From Phoronis australis (lineage: Eukaryota > Animalia > Phoronida), in assembly GCA_002633005.1 (NCBI GenBank), contig NMRA01000515.1, forward strand, positions 144,558-208,557: a stretch of 64,000 nt of DNA, in the 5' to 3' direction. The translations under genes and the position numbers were made by a program. Each line of letters starts with the position of its first letter. Position 1 is the first letter of the stretch. Under the pieces are notes generated by a model. That model was not told the DNA's origin. It worked only from the letters and a program-made list of their open reading frames with translations, and made no database searches. Positions 48,914-59,739 of the stretch are shown here, in pieces.

Positions 48914-50712
48914 AACACCACACAATCCTCGGTCCCATTCACCTCAGAACCTTCCAAAGTACAGTTAAGGTGCTAAGAGTAATGATATATCAGTCATGTT
49001 GCTCTCTTTTAACACCCTCTCGAGGGTTTCTGCATAAGCCTGCTCTCCTTCACGACTGGTCCATGATTTCAACACAGCAAACACCTGAAGCAAAGTTGGA
49101 ATGAATAATAAAAATGTCAGGTTCCATTGTCAAATCTATCCCATACACTAAAAACATAGTACAGGTTATTCCAGAAATGTTAACAAAATTATTCTAAAAT
49201 ATGACTGCTAGGATATGGCTTTACTGGGAACTAATTGTGTTCATGAGCTTCAGGAACAACAAAGTTTGTTTTGGATTCATTGGTACCACAGTTGACTCTC
49301 ATTGCAGAGAACGAACATTTTTCAGTTTTAGCATCAAAAGCAACCAGCTCCAGTGCTAATATCAAAGATTTTACAACAAAGATGATGTGCCACGGTGGAG
49401 AACTGAAGAACCGTTTCTATGTTTTCTACAATGAAAATTATATTTGATATGAAAATAATATGCAGTTATTGCACAGAAAGTGTTATTCTGTGGAGCATGC
49501 TAAGACTAAGAGAGTTACCAGTGCATAGTCTGCAAATTCCACTCATCATTTTGTTGCAGTCAACTCAGGTACTATTCAATTATTTCTGTGCCTTTTAAAA
49601 GAGACTTATAGATTACTAGTCAATAAAAAACAGCATTTAGTTCCTACTTAAAATTTTTTTAATATTCATAGTTCAGAGAATTTTTGTTACGTAGACACCA
49701 AACACCCAAACATCACTATTACTATTGTAACAGAACCAGAAGGTAAGCCAAAGAGCAAAACTCATTTTGAGACCTGTGCTCACCAACCACAAAAACATCC
49801 ACCCATATCAATNAACACCACACAATCCTCGGTCCCATTCACCTCAGAACCTTCCAAAGTACAGTTAAGGTGCTAAGAGTAATGATATATCAGTCATGTT
49901 GCTCTCTTTTAACACCCTCTCGAGGGTTTCTGCATAAGCCTGCTCTCCTTCACGACTGGTCCATGATTTCAACACAGCAAACACCTGAAGCAAAGTTGGA
50001 ATGAATAATAAAAATGTCAGGTTCCATTGTCAAATCTATCCCATACACTAAAAACATAGTACAGGTTATTCCAGAAATGTTAACAAAATTATTCTAAAAT
50101 ATGACTGCTAGGATATGGCTTTACTGGGAACTAATTGTGTTCATGAGCTTCAGGAACAACAAAGTTTGTTTTGGATTCATTGGTACCACAGTTGACTCTC
50201 ATTGCAGAGAACGAACATTTTTCAGTTTTAGCATCAAAAGCAACCAGCTCCAGTGCTAATATCAAAGATTTTACAACAAAGATGATGTGCCACGGTGGAG
50301 AACTGAAGAACCGTTTCTATGTTTTCTACAATGAAAATTATATTTGATATGAAAATAATATGCAGTTATTGCACAGAAAGTGTTATTCTGTGGAGCATGC
50401 TAAGACTAAGAGAGTTACCAGTGCATAGTCTGCAAATTCCACTCATCATTTTGTTGCAGTCAACTCAGGTACTATTCAATTATTTCTGTGCCTTTTAAAA
50501 GAGACTTATAGATTACTAGTCAATAAAAAACAGCATTTAGTTCCTACTTAAAATTTTTTTAATATTCATAGTTCAGAGAATTTTTGTTACGTAGACACCA
50601 AACACCCAAACATCACTATTACTATTGTAACAGAACCAGAAGGTAAGCCAAAGAGCAAAACTCATTTTGAGACCTGTGCTCACCAACCACAAAAACATCC
50701 ACCCATATCAAT
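48914..50712. repeat. Exact ~900-bp direct duplication across an N at 49813 (assembly overlap); duplicates the last exon of the EF-hand gene
   Basis: Lines 48961-49801 are identical to 49861-50701 at offset +900. Confidence 0.95.
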
Positions 50713-53700
50713 CCAGCCAGTGTGTTTTTGAAAAGCTGCACTAGAGCACACAAACAAGGGTAAACAAGGGTTGAAATGTCAAGATTTGCCAAGTGCGACG
50801 AGTAAAAAACAAATCCCACATCATTTTTGCTCACCTCAGGTGTATTTTCTTTCTTTTAAGTGGGCAACTAAAAACATACTGCATAACTAAATCAATATTA
50901 AAAAAAGACCAAAAACAATTACGATTTTGCATAAAATACAATTAAGCAAAAATTATGCTTAACTCCATAAGTTTCCTAAGTCCAAATTGAGCTGTTTAAG
51001 AAGTTTGAAACTCATTATATGGTTAAGAAAAATGAGACTCAACATATATTTTTGCTATGGTAATGACTCAACTGTATATTTATGCAACAACCAGGCTTTG
51101 CAGTTTGGCTTTTACAACTCAAACCAAAAAGACTAATAACTTAACATAACACGCAACAAAACTGCCATTCCCTATTGCCGAGAACATATTACCTGTTTTT
51201 CTTTGTCATTAGGATGCTGTCTCTCGAAATCTTCAATATCCTCATATGTAAATCCCAGTTCATTAGCCAGGAGATGCCAGTCGCGGCTGTGTGCCTTACC
51301 AGCTATCTTCAACAGGAGAGATTCTGGTGGCACTTGCTGGCCATAGACAGGCTGAAATGGAAATTGACATGTATCTCCTGTCGAATAATATTGACTTATT
51401 TTTTATTCTTACTTTTTCTTTTAATGTTTATTAATAAACATATAATTATAATAAGTGTTAAGCCCAGAAAGCATTATATGAGGGCGTATTGATTTACGAT
51501 CAACATATGCCCCCAAAAAAACATACATGCATGGCAAGCTCCTTACCACAGCTGATAAGGAGACCGAGGTAGGTGAAGTAAGGTCATTTGCTATCATGAT
51601 AAAATACAAGAACAAGGAATACGATAGCAAATACAATACAATCAGGAAAAATAACGACCTCTGGTAAAAAAATCAAAAAGCACCACAGACAGTTCAAGTA
51701 AAAACATGATAAAATTTGTATTAAGATTCTTACATTCAGTTATAATAATGTATATGGTTGTCAGTAGTGACAAACATTGATGAATGTTAACCTTCCATTT
51801 TGTATACCAACATGCTAAATCTATTCATCTATCCAAATGGATAGAATGAAAGCTTCTTGTTCTAGATATAAGAACTGAAGACCATTGGGAAGGGCTTCAA
51901 TAATTTTGTGCACATGTATTGTGTTTAATTTTGAACTCTGAATTATTGTGCTCTTAATTCAAGTGGAAGAGTCTTATTTTGTTTTCTGGTTCACTACTTA
52001 CACAAGTATTTTTAGGTACAAACCTCTTTAATAGACACTTTTGCTTAACTTTTCAAGAGGCTTAAATGAATTTTTGATTTTCTTAGTTCTGGTGTTAATG
52101 CTGCATTTTATCAGTGGAATAACTCCATCATAGAGATCAATGACAACTACACCACAGAGATCAATGACAACTAGATCATAGAGATCAATGACAACTAGAT
52201 CAATCTAAACTTTAAAACAATGTAAAACAATTATATTTCCTGTATATTTTTGGAGTAAAATCTACATAATTAGCTACAACTGCTTGAAGGAGCTAGATTT
52301 CGACAAGCATTCATCATGTCCTTACATTTCATGTCTGAATGAGCAATGTTTTATGAATACAATGCCACTGTGTACCTAAAAATTTGCTTGAAATCGGGAG
52401 AATTTTCCATGAAATTTTCACACAGGTTGTTATGGTAGCTTCTCAATTATACTTCCAGTCTTTCCAAACAAAAACTCACAGAACGGATAACAACAATTAG
52501 AAAATGGCAATGCTAATTTCATGTCTAGAGTTAGCACTACTTACAGCCTGTGAATTAGCAGTGAAAGATCTGTGCGCCTCCTCATTAATGTGCTTTGGTA
52601 CAATGTTGAACGTCATAATATCCTCAAGTGTGCTGCCATCCAAGGTTTTCAGATAACCAATGAAATCCTCTTCATTTACTTCACCTAAAATAATGAAACA
52701 CTAAGCAGTAGCTACAAAAGCAACTCAGGTCATGTATGAACCCCTCTTCTGTTTACAATCCTTCATTTTGATTTATACCATTTACTGTTACCAATTGTTA
52801 GGAACTAGTTCTGTATTTAGATTAGAAGTGATTTCTATGCATAGGAAAAACACTGTAATACAGCTGGAGGTCATATTAGAAGCATAAAATGATTCACTGC
52901 ATCAAACTAACTGATGGACGCTGATCTCAAGAAATAAAAAAGTGTTGGTTCTTCCAAAAACCCGAAATTACTTTGCAATGAACAATTTTACTAAGATAAG
53001 TGGTCTAAACCAGTTTTTTTTCAGAAGCCGGGTTCATAACATCCTTGGTACAAAGGTGTGTAAACATTATGCAGCTGGCTAAATTTACAGATTTTATTTC
53101 TAATCTATGTACTTGAAAGTCGATTAGAAAATTGACTAATTACATGGCTGACTTTGTGTAAACTTAATCAGCACATTCCAGTAACAAAAACTAATGATCA
53201 AGGTTTGTTGAACACTGTTTTCCACATTTGAAGTGTTATGTAAACATTGTCCTTTTGTGTCATATTTAATTTAAGTAAATGGAATGTACAATTGAGACTA
53301 GGTACATGTATAAAGAAGATGAAATTTCTATAACGGTAAATCTGACCTACAAAAAAGACTAGTATAAAAAGTATTTTTAACTTGACAATACAACGTGACA
53401 TCTGTGGCATCCTGGCACTTTCTGTGCAAAGCTATTTGTTATTAAGTATAGTACATTATAAAGATAAGGCAAGTAGCTCTCCTACCTGTCTTGTGAGTAT
53501 CCATTTGCTCCATAAAGGCAGCAACAACTTGTTCGACTGCAGCCTGAAATTGATATGATCACATAGAAACATCATAATGTCTTGTTAAGTCGGTATTTCT
53601 ATTTATAGCAATGACAACAAGAGCAACATAAATAATTGATATGCTCCCAACATATGCATTGGGATTGCAATCCTGATGTATACTGAGATTGACCCAATGA

Positions 53701-56700
53701 AAATTGAAATTACCAAACAGTGGGATACATCCAATAATCAACAACAGCAATGCTTGAATGGATAGTANCACACACACACACACACACATACACACACACA
53801 CGCACGTACATATGGAGGTGCATAAAAGCAGAAACCAATTAGCTTTTAAAACCTACCTGGTTCAGTATTAAAGATGTATTTGCATGCTCTTAACTATGCT
53901 AAGGTATAGAAGGAACTACACAACAATGCTATGTTAACATAATCTAGGCTAAACAAAGTGAAGTTGTATTCACTGACTTATGTGAAAACAAAAAATTCTG
54001 CTAATAAGTGACTTTTGCTCTACTGACGTATCTCGCGGGCTCACATAGCTCAGCACCAACTCACAATACTTACTGGGCACGGTTGAGTGATTTGTAGTGG
54101 ATCATTTTCGCCACAAAACTAGTTCTTGAAAACATTTGGCGATTTTTCACCTACTTAATATTCACATCTTCGCTATATGCTGTGTTTCTAACAAATTTGA
54201 CCAAGCAACCACAAAGATAAGGAATTAGCATGCAAATTCCACTTGAAATAACATTATTAGACAACTTAGGCCTAACTAGATTACAAGTAATATTGAATAT
54301 AGTGAAAACCTGCTAACCAAACTGTCTTGATCATAGACATTCTTCAAAATGCGAGTCAGTATTTCTCTGTTAATGGGCTGGCCAGCATTCAATAGATGGA
54401 ATGTTGCTGCAAACAAGGCACAGAAGAATAAAGTTATAGAAAAAAAAACAAGCATTACCTGAAGCTAGGAAGTTTCTTTACTTTTCAGACAATGTTGACC
54501 TTTGGGTCATTATGCAAGGGGCAACAGTAACTGTTTGTTGGTGCAATGTGCAATGAAACATTTTTGACAATAACACCTGACTTACAGTACTACAACAATG
54601 TAAAAAGAAACAAAAAACAATGACAAAGGTAAAATGTAATATGTAACTTTTGAACATTCTAAACTTCTTTCGCACAACCTGTTCAGTTTGGGAAACTTTT
54701 GTCATAATTAAAGTGAATCACAATGATTCATTCAGTTTTTATTGTGTTCATTTAATGCCAATGAAATATTCTCATTCGTTTGAAGATCACTCACAATACT
54801 CCCAGTGTTTTTAAAAAAGACTAATTTTTGAGTCTATGAAATAATGGACTTTCTTTACAGTAACCATAGACTATCAAATTTCTTGTTTGCAATAGATACT
54901 GATACATATGAGGCAGAAAAGTTCTGAACTTAATGTTGTTACATTGGGACTGTTTACCTCTTAGTTTCTTTTCCAAGTTCACTTCTTCAGACCAACTCAT
55001 GCAGTTCAGAAACACCTCAAATGATATGGCACCATCATTATTTTTTAAACTTCTGAGTATCTACAAAAACCAATGAACACAGACCTTTGAAATGACAAAA
55101 CATAAAAAGGTGTGTAATTCAGATTTTAAATAATATACAAAGTAAGAGTTTCATTACAAAATAAATGACATGCTACAGGATGTTGCTAAAAACATCTTAC
55201 GTACACCAAACTACTATAGCTAAGTTAATATTAGTATAAAACTAAAATTGATTAATCCTACAGTCATTTACTAAACCCAAACAACTCTTACGTTTCTGAC
55301 AAATGCATCTTTATTCAAGCGTGGAGATTCAAGAGCTTCTTCAGTTAAAACACCATCATCAGTGGCACCCAGTTGTCGAAACCGAATCCAGAGTCGCTCA
55401 ACTTCAACAACAGCTACTAAAGAGTTAAAAAGAAGCACGTTTTAGACTGCATTTGTGTTATACTTAATATCTTGTTTTGTACCCTGTAAATGATTGTTGT
55501 TCTGGGTCTTCAGGGCTGGAAATTTACCACCATCAAATGTTTGTCAAAATCATGCTACAAGATTTCCTTTATGCCAGCATAAATAAGTTATGCAGTAAAT
55601 GGTGACATTGGCCAATGAGTTTTGTGATGTCAAGGAAAACTGAGATTTTGCACTATTGTAACACATTCTTAAATTTTGAACATATTCGTTCGACAAAAAT
55701 TTTTTCCCGGTTACAAAAGAATTTGTAAGAGGTCATTAGACATATAATTTTTTAATTGATCAAGATACAAATTTTAATGCTCTGCTGCCAGTTGAGCTTC
55801 ATTCATCAAGACAAAGATCATAAAATGATGATGCATTTTGGCACCTAAGTTGTTTAAATGAATCAAAACTATGTTCTATATAATAATATTAAGAAATAAG
55901 TACATAATACCATGTCCTTGTCACACTCTAAATGTTCTGTTTTTTGTCCAGTTTATAAGCGAAACATTACCTTCTGGTAAAAGGATACGAAACCCTGTTT
56001 TGAGGATTTCAACCAATCCTCCTCCTGTCACCTGCTAATGCATCAAGTTAAAGGCAGGAATCAAATAAAAACTCATATTCCCCAAGTCACAGACATAATG
56101 ATCATTGATGGTTGGTCCTTGCCCACAGTTAACATGTAATTCGCTAAAAGCGTAGGTCACACTTGCCCATTTAGCTGACTTTGAAAGGAATTTTCAATTT
56201 TCCTCTGAACTTTTGAGGGTTTTCAAATGTTACAGAGCATTTATTTGGTTTCACAGAACTAGATGGGACAGTCGTTTTTAGTATCTGTTAATAGGCCAAA
56301 ACTGGGTTTGGTATCCTTTTAGCAATTACTGAACTTGGCAGATTTAGAAATTTACAGACAACAGGACAATGTATTTTGTGTAGAGATGGGGTTAAATTTG
56401 TATTTTTAACAAAGAAAGACAAGCGCATAATGATAAAATGTAACTTTTTCACAAATGAATAATTGACAGAAGCTTAATACATTTATCATGCACCCAAATC
56501 ATGTCAAATTTACAATAATTTTTTGGTAATTTATTTTTATAAAGAAATTTCTAAAATGTATTCTTCATTGGGTTTTGTGTATTTTAGCCATTGTTTATAT
56601 TATCTATGTAGTGGGTAATCTGGGAACACAGCTATGATAAAATATAGTCATATTATTGTTGTATTGTGGAACCAGCAGTAAACACAAGGATGCCATGTAT

Positions 56701-57035
56701 CATTTTTGCCTATCATAACTGGCACATTATGTCTGAAAGTCTGTTAACTTTGCTGAAGACAATACTACAAATACAAAATACATATGATACCTTGAACATT
56801 TCAGAGGGTGATATGAAATTTGTCAGAACAATCATGTGCACCTGTATCATCGGTTGGAAGACAACTGAGAGCAAATATCATGAAAACGTGACCAATTGAA
56901 TACATTCTGGCAGAAATGAACCAACTTACAACCCGTTGCATCAGCATGAGCTGTTATCCAGTCTTGCTGCTGAGGGTTTGTCTCCTTAGCTACATAATCC
57001 TCCTCAGGCTCAAACTCACTAGCATACTGCCCCAT
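49865..57035 (-). CDS. N-myristoylated calcineurin-B/CHP-like EF-hand protein (~246 aa) with a C-terminal partial Death-like domain
   Basis: Exons 57035-56930 (MGQYAS..ADATG), 55416-55292 (VVEVERLWIRFRQLG..DDGVLT), 55060-54958 (DGAISFEVFL..EKKLR), 54406-54318 (ATFHLLN), 53543-53486 (MDTHKTG), 52684-52545 (EVNEEDFI), 49984-49865 (VFAVLKSWTSREGEQAYAETLERVLKESNMTDIS; copy at 49084-48965). All GT-AG and phase-compatible. Confidence 0.8.
52128..52203. repeat. Short tandem repeat (agagatcaatgacaacta core) x3
   Basis: Directly visible. Confidence 0.8.
53769..53805. repeat. (CA)n microsatellite
   Basis: Directly visible; N at 53768. Confidence 0.95.
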
Positions 57036-57779
57036 CAGTGTATGTTTTCACAAAGAGTTCCCAACTACACAGTATACGCCGGTCATTTGGTTAAGTACAT
57101 TGAACACCTTCAACAGAAACAGGAAATAATATCAAAATTTACATGCAAGCACATTTTAGTGACCAAGAGCTAACACAGAACAGGTGCCACAAAACCCTGA
57201 GACAGATTATTACATCAACATGAAGCGGTAAATAAAAATACAATAAATTATACGATTTAGGTTGGTCAAAGTTCTATTATACCAAAAACAAAAGACAATC
57301 TGCAGATGTATACAATGAATTACCAAATAACTAACAATATACTTAAATAATATCCTGTTTCTCAAGTTCAAATCAGCCATTTCCATGGTTGAGTGGAAAA
57401 TTCTCATCAAGACGACCACGGCCTTTCAATGACTTCAAAGAAAACGTGTGGTCCACATGAATGATTTTTTCTGTACGACCGGTCTAGGCGGTTTCCTTCC
57501 AACTTGAACAAATACTCCCATAATCAAACTTTTTTTCGTGCAGTCCTTCGTTCAGTTGCCCAAATCAATCACTGGCCATTTTTACATTCTCAGTACGCCA
57601 GGTGATATGACAATCCTCCGCTCGCCCAAAAGGTAATTATAAAGCAACGTACGTGACTTTGATGATTTAACCAGTGTGAGGCATTAAATTCGCCGAAAAG
57701 CTTCTGTTGTATGAAAAGCCTGTGGGACGGCCACCACCTCTACTGCTAGTTGAGACAGTGGCACTGTCTAAACCTGGGG

Positions 57780-57965
57780 GTTACTCATATTGACAAGATG
57801 TCCGCAGGCGTGTACCAAAAATTATAGGTAGGCGGTACTTTTCAATAAATTTTGCTGGGCCTGTGCGGGGTCCAATAGGCCCCTAAATTTCCTGGCTTCC
57901 ACAACAGGGGGTCTCTCAGCAATTTTTGGTACACGCCTTTGGGCACCTTGTCAATATCAGTGACC
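57780..57965. mobile_element. Palindromic MITE-like element (second copy ~59011-59190)
   Basis: atattgacaag...aggcgtgtaccaaaaatt vs aatttttggtacacgcct...cttgtcaatat. Confidence 0.7.
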
Positions 57966-58181
57966 TCTCCGTGGAAGCCTTCATGGAAGGCTTCCACTAA
58001 GGCTACAAGTATAATGAAAACTGATCTAAGATCCTCTTGTGCACTAACTTAACAATTGTCCACGTCTTTTGAAGACACTGGAACTATAAAAAAACAATCG
58101 AAGGGAACTGCACAACAAGAGACATGAAATGACCAGATGACACATTCAACAGTGTTCAAAGACAAAGTTACAATGTTCGCG

Positions 58182-58251
58182 CACAGACACCTTTAAGTAG
58201 CCCTCTACAATATAACATAATATTGTAGAGGGCTACTTAAAGGTGCCTGTG
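58182..58251. mobile_element. 70-bp hairpin MITE with 7-bp TSD (GTTCGCG), present in one haplotype only
   Basis: CACAGACACCTTTAAGTAGCCCTCTACAATAT..ATATTGTAGAGGGCTACTTAAAGGTGCCTGTG; TSD at 58175-58181 and 58252-58258; empty site at ~59394-59400. Confidence 0.9.
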
Positions 58252-59739
58252 GTTCGCGTTACCTATCGCCAGTCGAACTCTCCTAACAATAGAAACCAAA
58301 TAACTTGAATTCTCCCACAGAGGGCGATCAAAGAATATTTGTTTTGGTGTTTGGTTTGGAGGAGTTGATGAAGAGTTAATTAACGTTTTTTTCTTGTAAC
58401 CTTGTCTCGCTGAAGTGCGACACTCGTATAAGTCACATCCATAGACAAGTTCTCGTTGGCTAAAATGAGTCACTCACCAATACTCAATTCTGTATTTTTT
58501 ACACTGGTTACTGACTAACCCAATGTCAATGACTGAGAGTGACACTGACAGTGAAGCAAATTGATCACGGACAAGGACCGCGGCCAAGGGCAAAGCTATG
58601 GAAGAACAAGAGGTATAATTCAGTAATTGTCAGAATGATGCAACATGTGCAGCAGCAGGAATTGGCTAAAGCTGTATACTAAATATGCAGCTTTTTTGCG
58701 CTGATGCGGGTAAAAAACAGGCCAGATACTGATAAAATCTGACATAAAATAGTGTCATTAAAAACTAATCTGTTCCTTGCGTAAACTAAATTATTGAATG
58801 GTGTTGGAAAAAATGGCAATCTACTGTTATTCTGCTGCTAAAGGTAGAACGATCATCTGCGTCGGCTTTTAGCGCCATGACATTGCGTCACCTATTGTCC
58901 AGTTTCTTTTTTTGCTGATTCTTCAATCAACTGTTTGTTCTTTCATGAGGTTGCGTACACGTCATTACAAATTATCGGAACTGGTTNAGTGGCACTGTCT
59001 AAACCTGGGGGTTACTCATATTGACAAGATGTCCGCAGGCGTGTACCAAAAATTATAGGTAGGCGGTACTTTTCAATAAATTTTGCTGGGCCTGCGCGGG
59101 GTCCAATAGGCCCCTAAATTTCCTGGCTTCCACAACAGGGGGTCTCTCAGCAATTTTTGGTACACGCCTTTGGGCACCTTGTCAATATCAGACTCAGTGA
59201 CCTCTCCGTGGAAGCCTTCCTGGAAGGCTATAATGAAAACTGATCTAAGATCCTCTTGTGCAATAACTTAACAATTGTCCACGTCTTTTGCAGACACTGG
59301 AACTATAAAAAAACAATCGAAGGGAACTGCACAACAAGAGACAAGAAATGATCAGATGACACATTCAACAGTGTTCAAAGACAAAGTTACAATGTTCGCG
59401 TTACCTATCGCCAGTCGAACTCTCCTAACAATAGAAACCAAATAACTTGAGTTCTCCCACAGAGGGCAATCAAAGAATATTTGTTTTGGTGTTTGGTTTG
59501 GAGGAGTTGATGAAGAGTTAATTAACGTTTTTTTCTTGTAACCTTTTCTCGCTGAAGTGCGACACTCGTATAAGTCACATCCATAGACAAATTCTCGTTG
59601 GCTAAAATGAGTCACTCACCAATACTCAATTCTGTATTTTTTACACTGGTTAGTTACTGACTAACCCAATGTCAATGACTGAGTGAGTGACAGTGAAGCA
59701 AATTGATCACGGACAAGGACCGCGGCCAAGGGCAAAGCT

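Noticed and set aside
48965-49084. Second copy of the Death-like exon as a true tandem exon duplication
   Set aside because: Identical 900-bp duplication abutting an N; most likely an assembly artefact.
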